Below, piece after piece: positions 57,745 through 64,000 of a DNA stretch of 64,000 bases. The notes beneath the pieces were generated by a model. The model worked only from the letters and a program-made list of their open reading frames with translations. It was not told the DNA's origin and did no database searches. The translations under genes and the position numbers were made by a program. Location of the stretch: contig DJWJ01000019.1 of NCBI GenBank assembly GCA_002440965.1, positions 8,119 through 72,118 on the forward strand, given 5' to 3'. Source of the DNA: Candidatus Omnitrophica bacterium UBA6233 (GTDB lineage: Bacteria > Omnitrophota > Gorgyraeia > Gygaellales > Profunditerraquicolaceae). Position 1 is the first letter of the stretch. Every line of letters begins with the position of its first letter.

Positions 57745-58602
57745 TTATTTAACTTTAAAAATTGAATTAACGGAATTTAATCTTATAATATGCGAATAAA
57801 AACTTGTTTTATTCTTAGCATCTGCGGTAATCGCTGTAGGCTCTTTAATAATAAAATAGGCTTCGTAGCTATTATTATAAGCTACAAATGCGATGTTAAA
57901 CCGTTCAATCATAGCTTTATTCTCCGATGAGGAAAAATCAGGTAAAAGTATAGGCCCGGTATCTACCTGATATAGTTCATTTTCTTTACTCACATTCAAT
58001 GTTTTTATAGGAAATTCCAAAATAGCGCGGTATCGCCCCGATTGATCGCTAATTTCTATGCGGCCATTAATAATAACGCTGCCCTCCGTAATCATCGCAA
58101 TTTTTATTTTATCTGATAATTGCTCGATTCTAGCCATTTTTATGTAGAAATCAATATCTCCAAACGCTTCTTTCCAAAAACCAGGCTGAACATTATCAAA
58201 CAGCGTATTAGCAAAGTTGCGTATGATCAGAAATTCCTTATCTGCAATAATCATGGAAAAATCGTAAGGCGGATCAAGGAATAGCCTGCCCTTAGAATAA
58301 GTGTCCTCCCCTTTACAGCTGGCTAATAAATAGTAATTTTTCGTTTGACCTGTAAGCGTATCATGGATTTCACACCGAGCCTCAACTTTAATCCTGGTAT
58401 TAGACTTACTGCTTCTTCCGCATAAAGTGATAAATGATTTGCTAAAATCACAACCTCTAGTTTCTTGTTTTTTAGCTACTTGCGCACCTATCCTCCGTAA
58501 CTGCGCGTCCTTTGAAATAATTCTATATCCAAAAACTAAGATAATAACAACAAAAAGCAGTCCTACGGTCTTAAAAACAATCTGAAAATATTTAATTACC
58601 AT
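57745..58602 (-). CDS. Hypothetical membrane-anchored protein (no recognisable family)
   Basis: Start taken at Met32 (MVIKYFQIVFKTVGLLFVVIILVF: signal-anchor), ~285 aa. Confidence 0.3.
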   Translation of the reverse strand: MVIKYFQIVFKTVGLLFVVIILVFGYRIISKDAQLRRIGAQVAKKQETRGCDFSKSFITLCGRSSKSNTRIKVEARCEIHDTLTGQTKNYYLLASCKGEDTYSKGRLFLDPPYDFSMIIADKEFLIIRNFANTLFDNVQPGFWKEAFGDIDFYIKMARIEQLSDKIKIAMITEGSVIINGRIEISDQSGRYRAILEFPIKTLNVSKENELYQVDTGPILLPDFSSSENKAMIERFNIAFVAYNNSYEAYFIIKEPTAITADAKNKTSFYSHIIRLNSVNSIFKVK

Positions 58603-58660
58603 TTCTTCCCCTTTCAATATTTTAAAGATAATAGAACAAAATTTAATCCCCCTATACGCA

Positions 58661-59377
58661 TCAGAAAGCACATCCTTTATTCTTATTTCCTTCAACCATC
58701 ATGATTTCGGCTATTTTAAAATCCATATAATCATCAATATCAATTGAACGGATTTTGGGCATAACATATACTTTACTATTTTTTAGGAATATTCCCTTTT
58801 TTTCGTCCAAAACATCTTTCCACCAAACGTATATCGAAGCATTCATGTCATACACTTTAGGCGCTTGCTGCCTTGAGCTGAAACGCCCCTCTTTAACCAG
58901 TTTGACCTTGCCCCTGACCACCTCCACCATATTAAAATACGGATTCCTGTTCGCTTCAGTAACCGAAAAAACATTATCCGCCTTCTGATTAACGAGCAAC
59001 TTAATGCAATTATTAATATCTTGAACTGATCTCAACGGAGCTGTCGCATGCAACAATACCAGGATATCAAACGGATAACCTTCCCCTTGGAGCCACCCCA
59101 TAGCGTGCAATAAAACATCTATGGTGCTGCTTTTATCTTGGGCTAAAAACTTTGGCCTGATAAAAGGAACCTCAGCTCCATACTTCTTCGATATATCCGC
59201 GATCTTTTTATCATCCGTAGAAACAATGATCCTGTCAATTAACCCGGAGTCCTTTGCCTGTTTGATACTGCGGGCGATCAACGGCTTGCCCAGAAACATT
59301 TTAATATTTTTGCCAGGCAACCCTTTTGACCCACCTCTGACCGGAATAATACATACTACTCTTTTATTTTTATACAT
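58661..59377 (-). CDS. CMP-nonulosonic acid synthetase (acylneuraminate cytidylyltransferase family)
   Basis: CIIPVRGGSKGLPGKN signature; start at Met5 (ATG 59375-59377) with GAGG RBS. Confidence 0.8.
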   Translation of the reverse strand: MYKNKRVVCIIPVRGGSKGLPGKNIKMFLGKPLIARSIKQAKDSGLIDRIIVSTDDKKIADISKKYGAEVPFIRPKFLAQDKSSTIDVLLHAMGWLQGEGYPFDILVLLHATAPLRSVQDINNCIKLLVNQKADNVFSVTEANRNPYFNMVEVVRGKVKLVKEGRFSSRQQAPKVYDMNASIYVWWKDVLDEKKGIFLKNSKVYVMPKIRSIDIDDYMDFKIAEIMMVEGNKNKGCAF

Positions 59378-59378
59378 T

Positions 59379-60317
59379 TTAAGCCTCAATAAGCTTGAGC
59401 ACCTTTACTCCGTCTTCGAATGTAACTTCCGGCTGACGGTTAAACTTTACTGATTTTATAAAACTCCGGATTTCATCCGTGTAGCTCTTATCCAAATTAA
59501 AAAGTTTTTTATCAGAAACGACTGTTTTTCTTCCCAGAGTATCAATTATTATCCTTTTGTTGATTAAATCGCAGGTAAGTGCCCCTTTTTCACCTTCTAT
59601 GCAGATAACTCTTTTCTTATTTTTCTGCAAGTAATCCAGATGCACGCTGCAGATAAAATTATCATAAACATATATTCCTTCAAAAACATCATCCGCATTG
59701 ATCTTTAGGTTACTGACCTTAGCCTTAACCACTTTGCTTGAGTAAGGATCGCCAAAGAGAAAGCGCATATAATCTATTTCGTGGGATAAATCTAAGGCAA
59801 CGCCTCCGCCGCGTTTTTTTGAAGCGCTGTAAGAAACGCGGTAATCGCGCCCTTTCCTCCAGAACGGTAGATACTGCCCAGCTTCAATCTTGGCAAAGTA
59901 GATGCTGCCGATCAAATTATGAGAAAGCTTGGTTTTAATAAACTTAAGCGCTCCCAAAAACCTTAAGTTATATCCAACGCCAACTTTTATTTTGTTTAGC
60001 CGGACAATTCTTTTTAATTTCTCCAGATCCCCGCTCAAATTATGCGCAATCGGTTTTTCAATGAACAGATGAATTCCTTTTTTTGCTAAAATTAACGCCG
60101 TATTCAGGTGTTGATAAGTTTCATTGGCGATCACTGCTAAATCCGCCTGAACAGTATGCAAAGACTTTACCATTGAAACTTTACGTTTATCTTTTAAACC
60201 GTCCAGGCAATGCTTAACTTTAGAATAGACAAATATCTGGCTAACTTCAGCCAGCTTATTTAAATTTCCCAAATGCCTTTTTCCTATGGATCCGCACCCA
60301 ACCAGCAATACTTTCAT
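59379..60317 (-). CDS. Gfo/Idh/MocA-family oxidoreductase
   Basis: MKVLLVGCGSIGKRHLGNL Rossmann; start ATG overlaps SDR stop (TAATG). Confidence 0.7.
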   Translation of the reverse strand: MKVLLVGCGSIGKRHLGNLNKLAEVSQIFVYSKVKHCLDGLKDKRKVSMVKSLHTVQADLAVIANETYQHLNTALILAKKGIHLFIEKPIAHNLSGDLEKLKRIVRLNKIKVGVGYNLRFLGALKFIKTKLSHNLIGSIYFAKIEAGQYLPFWRKGRDYRVSYSASKKRGGGVALDLSHEIDYMRFLFGDPYSSKVVKAKVSNLKINADDVFEGIYVYDNFICSVHLDYLQKNKKRVICIEGEKGALTCDLINKRIIIDTLGRKTVVSDKKLFNLDKSYTDEIRSFIKSVKFNRQPEVTFEDGVKVLKLIEA

Positions 60318-61087
60318 TACCAGACACTCCATCCGCCATCAACTAAAAGATTCTGGCCGGTAATATAAGCAGCGGCTTCTGAAGAAAGGTAGATTACTGC
60401 CCCGACCATATCAAGCGGTTTAGCCATCCGCTTAAGCGGAGTCTTATCGGCGTATCTCTTCACAAATAAAGGATCTTGCCGGTTAAAAACCCCTCCAGGA
60501 GATATAACATTAGCCCGGATGTTGTATTTTGCATAATAGGTAGCCAAATATTTAGTAAAATTAATGATACCGCCCTTGATTGCAGAGTAAGCTGCCGGCA
60601 TGGTTATTTTAGTGCCTCGATATATACTGAAATCCGGGGCCACTACCCCGTAAATAGAAGCAAAATTTATAATGACCCCTCCTGATTTTTTCTTCATCAA
60701 CTCTGCGGCCACCTTAGAGCAGATAAAATACCCGCCCAAGTGGTTATTCACATTCTCTTTCCAGGAATCAAAGGTAACTTTTTCCAATCCTAAACCCCAA
60801 TCATCGGTCCGGGGATAGGCACAATTGATCAAAATATCAATTCCTTTAGCTTCTTCGCAAACTGCATTTAAAGCCCGGTAAATCGAATCTTCTGAAGCTA
60901 TATCTAAATAAATAAACTTAATACCCCTAGTTTTAATCTTTCCTGCGGCTTGCTTATCAATATCGGCAATATACACCTTTGCCCCAAAATCGCTCAAGCC
61001 TTTTACGATTTCACTGCCGATCAAACCCGCTCCGCCTACCACAACCGCTACTTTATTTTTTAAATCAAAAATAGAATTATATCTCAT
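60317..61087 (-). CDS. Short-chain dehydrogenase/reductase (SDR)
   Basis: 256 aa; VAVVVGGAGLIGSEIV, YSAIKGG catalytic Y-x3-K. Confidence 0.75.
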   Translation of the reverse strand: MRYNSIFDLKNKVAVVVGGAGLIGSEIVKGLSDFGAKVYIADIDKQAAGKIKTRGIKFIYLDIASEDSIYRALNAVCEEAKGIDILINCAYPRTDDWGLGLEKVTFDSWKENVNNHLGGYFICSKVAAELMKKKSGGVIINFASIYGVVAPDFSIYRGTKITMPAAYSAIKGGIINFTKYLATYYAKYNIRANVISPGGVFNRQDPLFVKRYADKTPLKRMAKPLDMVGAVIYLSSEAAAYITGQNLLVDGGWSVW

Positions 61088-62253
61088 TTCTCTCCTATCG
61101 CATAAAAAGTTTTTTTAATATCTTTTAGGCTTGAAATATTCTTCTTGATTAGTCGATAAATTTTCCCCACTGTCCCACCTTTACCATATGGATTAGACAC
61201 GCCTTTGCAGAATTTCGAGAATTCAGGAGACAGCGCTTTTTGAATAGCTTTTGAAATTTGCCCTGATTCCGGTTTAACATCAATTACGCTCATCGCCCTT
61301 ATTCTGCCTTTTTGCCGATCACCGATATTAACCGTGGGAATCTTCAGGGACGGCGCTTCTATTATCCCGCTACTGGAATTCCCGATTACTAAGTTCACAT
61401 TTTTTAAACACGACAGATACCTTAACTGGCCTAAAGATGAAAAGGCTGCCGCTTTATTCGGTGATCGCCTGACGTATGCATCTATCAATTTAATAATGAT
61501 ACGCCCGCCCGGATCGGCGTTCGGCTTAGTAAAAATAATTTTAAGCCCCGGGCAAGCATCAAGGGCTTTAAGTAGTTCTGTAACCTGGTATTTAGCCGTA
61601 TTATCCTCTAAGGTAACCGGATGAAAAGTTACCAATGCCGACTTTTCGCCCAAACTAAAATCCAGCGATCGTTCTAATTCCGGTCTCGTCAATAATTTCA
61701 TTTCCAGGATATTATCTATTCCTATCGCACCGACGTTAAATACCCTACACGGAGACTCTCCCAATTGCACCACTCTTTGACGGTATTCTTCCGTAGAGGT
61801 AAAATGCAATAAACTCATCTTCGTAATAGAGTGCCTGATTGCTTCATCAATCAGCCCGTAAGTCGCTTCGCCTCCGCCGATATGAACTATGGGTATCCTG
61901 GCAATAAGGGCGGCAATAGCTGCCGCTAAGGCTTCAAATCTATCACCGAAGATAATGATTAAATCCGGCCTCAATCTGCTTAACGCTTGGCTATAACCAC
62001 CGATCCCCGTGCCGATCGATTTTGATATACCTGCTATTGAATCCGAGTTCGTAATTATTTTTACTTTTTTCGATATTTTAAACCCATCCTTTTCAATCTC
62101 TTTATAAGTCAACCCGAATTCCGCAGATAAATGCATCCCAGATACTAATATCTGAAAGTTCCAATCCCTGTCTTTATTTATCCTATCCATCAAGGGCTTC
62201 AGAAGGCCATACTCAGCCCGTGTTCCTGTAAATACACATATTGTCTTTTTCAT
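61084..62253 (-). CDS. neuC: Hydrolysing NDP-GlcNAc-family 2-epimerase (NeuC/LegG type)
   Basis: 389 aa; KKTICVFTGTRAEYGLLKPL N-terminus typical of NeuC. Confidence 0.8.
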   Translation of the reverse strand: MKKTICVFTGTRAEYGLLKPLMDRINKDRDWNFQILVSGMHLSAEFGLTYKEIEKDGFKISKKVKIITNSDSIAGISKSIGTGIGGYSQALSRLRPDLIIIFGDRFEALAAAIAALIARIPIVHIGGGEATYGLIDEAIRHSITKMSLLHFTSTEEYRQRVVQLGESPCRVFNVGAIGIDNILEMKLLTRPELERSLDFSLGEKSALVTFHPVTLEDNTAKYQVTELLKALDACPGLKIIFTKPNADPGGRIIIKLIDAYVRRSPNKAAAFSSLGQLRYLSCLKNVNLVIGNSSSGIIEAPSLKIPTVNIGDRQKGRIRAMSVIDVKPESGQISKAIQKALSPEFSKFCKGVSNPYGKGGTVGKIYRLIKKNISSLKDIKKTFYAIGEK

Positions 62254-62918
62254 ACAATCCCCTTAAGGAGCATAAAACTTTCCGCGTAAAAACAATTAGC
62301 CATGGCTCCTCTAAAAATAGCAAGAGCTTCAATATTCTTTTTACTCCTAGGAAACGGATGCTTTTGTATTTCATTTTTGTAGACAGCCATTATTTCAAGC
62401 TTGGTTTTAAAGTAACGGCTGATATCAACAAAATAATTCGGGATAAAGGTATTTTCCTCTAAAGTTAAGGCAAATTCTGTTTCGCTTATAGTTTCCATCA
62501 TTAATACAGTTTTTATGAATGGATTTCTGAATGTTTTAAGGCAGCTATAAGCCGCATTAAAAAAATACCTGTGGTCGGAATGGACATCTCCCTGGAATGG
62601 CAGGTAAACAGTCTCCGGTTTAACTTTCTCAATTACGGCAGATATTTTTGTTATCAACTCTGCAACTGGTATTATATCTATACTCTTAGCCGGTAGGCAC
62701 AGCCTGAAAGTATCAGTAAAACCGTAAGCTGCCGCCACTCTCTCTATTTCCTTTTGGCGGCGCTTCACCGCCGGTGTGCCAGGCCCATATTCTTTTGCAG
62801 TATCGGTAGCAATCAACCAAAACAAATCATCCCCCGCCGCCTTATGCTTCAGCAGTGTTCCGCCGCATCCGAGAGTCTCATCATCAGGATGCACTGCCAT
62901 TACCAGTACTTTTTTCAT
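62250..62918 (-). CDS. PIG-L/LmbE-family N-deacetylase
   Basis: 222 aa; AVHPDDETLGCGGTL zinc-binding signature. Confidence 0.7.
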   Translation of the reverse strand: MKKVLVMAVHPDDETLGCGGTLLKHKAAGDDLFWLIATDTAKEYGPGTPAVKRRQKEIERVAAAYGFTDTFRLCLPAKSIDIIPVAELITKISAVIEKVKPETVYLPFQGDVHSDHRYFFNAAYSCLKTFRNPFIKTVLMMETISETEFALTLEENTFIPNYFVDISRYFKTKLEIMAVYKNEIQKHPFPRSKKNIEALAIFRGAMANCFYAESFMLLKGIV

Positions 62919-63799
62919 AGTAAATATTCCCCTGTTTGTGGTAAAACCTTAAATTCATGTACCGTTAAAAGAATAGCTCCCGCATAGCATTTTACTAAAA
63001 CCTGCCTGCCTGAAATTCCTAGCACTTTACCGCATTCGATATTCGCGATATTATATTTTTTTTCAACCACCTGCCATATTTTAACTTCTTCGCCGCGCCA
63101 TATTAGATGCGCTCCAGGATAAGGCTTAGTCAATGCCCTCACCAGATTATAGATCGCCCTGCTTGTCATTCTAAAATCTATTCGCCCGTCTTCTTTAATT
63201 CTTTTCCGCCAACAGCTTGACTTTGAATGATCCTGAGGTATCCGGCTGTAATTATTCTTCTGTAATTTAGGTAAAAAACCCTCCATTTGCCGCAAGGCAA
63301 TATTCGTTACTTTCCGGTATAGACTCCCTGCATCATCGCTATATTCAATTAAAATATTTCTCTGGGACAATATATCTCCACTGTCACAACTTTCATCCAT
63401 AAAGAAAAAAGTAGAAGCGGTTTTGCCCAATCCGAGCGCTAACGCCCAAATCAAAGGATGCCTTCCCCTGTTTATAGGAAGTTTGGCTGGATGATATCCA
63501 ACTATACCTAAAGACGGAATTTTTAATATCGCTTTTTTTATTATTTGCGAGAATCCAAAACAAAAAATAATATCCGGGCGTTTATTTCTAATCCATTCCT
63601 GATTTTCTTTAATGTTAATATCTGTAACGTATTTATACGGTATTTTATTCTTAACGCATATACTGGACAAGTCGGCAAAATCCGCATTCAGTCCCGAGCT
63701 TTTCCGGGTAAGCACTCCAACAACATCAGCTTTTAGTTCTATCAATTTTTGTAACGCCGCTTTACTGAATTCTACCGTTCCGATGTAAACAATTTTCAT
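62915..63799 (-). CDS. Formyltransferase (Fmt/ArnA-N-terminal-domain family), probable sugar N-formyltransferase
   Basis: 294 aa; N10-formyl-THF binding region ILNIHPSLLP-like (VGYHPAKLPINRGRHPLIWA) and C-terminal Fmt-like domain. Confidence 0.6.
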   Translation of the reverse strand: MKIVYIGTVEFSKAALQKLIELKADVVGVLTRKSSGLNADFADLSSICVKNKIPYKYVTDINIKENQEWIRNKRPDIIFCFGFSQIIKKAILKIPSLGIVGYHPAKLPINRGRHPLIWALALGLGKTASTFFFMDESCDSGDILSQRNILIEYSDDAGSLYRKVTNIALRQMEGFLPKLQKNNYSRIPQDHSKSSCWRKRIKEDGRIDFRMTSRAIYNLVRALTKPYPGAHLIWRGEEVKIWQVVEKKYNIANIECGKVLGISGRQVLVKCYAGAILLTVHEFKVLPQTGEYLL

Positions 63800-64000
63800 A
63801 TTGAAATCTTTTCATCCTTTAAAAAATCACGTTTTGCCGTTTTTCCTATAACTTTATCCCAAAGCATGGGACTTAATCCTATACCCGGTCTCTTAACCGT
63901 TAGATTAGCTCCTGAAAAAATTTCCTGCTTTTTTATATCCCGCAAAGCCACAATGCTTTTTCTAACAATTGAGATATTTTTAGCTTCCGAATCCGATAAT
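63796..64000 (-). CDS. neuB: NeuB-family nonulosonic acid synthase, 3'-terminal 68 codons only (gene continues beyond window end); stop TGA overlaps downstream ATG (ATGA)
   Basis: Reverse translation gives ...ISIVRKSIVALRDIKKQEIFSGANLTVKRPGIGLSPMLWDKVIGKTAKRDFLKDEKISI*, a SAF (antifreeze-like) C-terminal domain as in NeuB/LegI/PseI. Confidence 0.55.
   Translation of the reverse strand, partial: LSDSEAKNISIVRKSIVALRDIKKQEIFSGANLTVKRPGIGLSPMLWDKVIGKTAKRDFLKDEKISI

Noticed and set aside
1-64000. Search for a CRISPR array, rRNA or IS/transposase
   Set aside because: No regularly spaced direct repeats, no rRNA-like conserved blocks and no transposase/integrase-like ORF were found. The only repeats are those listed (motif A-D, hairpins, 23-bp tandem, heptamer).

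Overview
This 64-kb window is transcribed entirely from the minus strand. It holds about 64 tightly packed CDSs, many overlapping by 4 to 14 nt, and I found no rRNA, tRNA or CRISPR array. The window opens with the 5' two-thirds of priA (off the window edge, so missing from the ORF track). The rest is one very large glycan-biosynthesis super-locus. It contains gmhB and three GT9 heptosyltransferase-family genes (5397..6488, 9088..9993, 39287..40438). It also contains manC and many GT2, GT4, GT11 and GT28 transferases. There are five polyprenol-phosphate-sugar-synthase-like GT2 genes, three large GT-C-like membrane proteins, two O-antigen-ligase-like proteins, a Wzx-type flippase and a Wzy-like protein. 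A PglF/CapD-type dehydratase, a small PglC/WbaP-type initiating transferase and four SAM methyltransferases complete the core set. Three nucleotide-sugar sub-pathways stand out. First, a CDP-3,6-dideoxyhexose set (ddhA, ddhB, and an E1 dehydrase whose C-X57-C-X1-C-X7-C iron-sulfur motif is visible) is linked to an acetolactate-synthase-like ThDP enzyme, a zinc-ribbon C-methyltransferase-like protein, a reductase and a NeuB paralog. This looks like a yersiniose-like branched dideoxy sugar pathway. Second, a GDP-linked set has a ColD-type 3-dehydratase (lysine replaced by histidine, no Fe-S motif), an fcl-like synthase and a GT11 fucosyltransferase. Third, a nonulosonic-acid cluster carries neuB, neuC, a CMP-sugar synthetase, an SDR, a Gfo/Idh/MocA oxidoreductase, a PIG-L deacetylase, a formyltransferase and a WbuX/HisH/HisF-type amidotransferase trio that would make an acetamidino group. 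An accessory island of about 6.3 kb (33.0 to 39.3 kb) interrupts the locus. It holds a GNAT-toxin/DUF1778-antitoxin pair, a RelE/ParE-toxin/RHH-antitoxin pair, two divergent COG1373 (AAA_14 plus DUF4143) ATPases, a Bro-N protein and a sulfatase-family C-terminal remnant. These island genes are separated by four copies of a roughly 28-bp GC-rich motif and carry closely related near-consensus promoter/palindromic-operator modules. The organisation looks cassette-like and may be undescribed. Further signals are listed under findings: a hairpin family sharing a GGGACGGTTCT core that sits immediately upstream of start codons, with a single arm inside priA; an in-frame heptanucleotide microsatellite in manC; a 23-bp intergenic tandem duplication; and a nucleotidyltransferase-fold plus small basic protein insert flanked by an intrinsic terminator.
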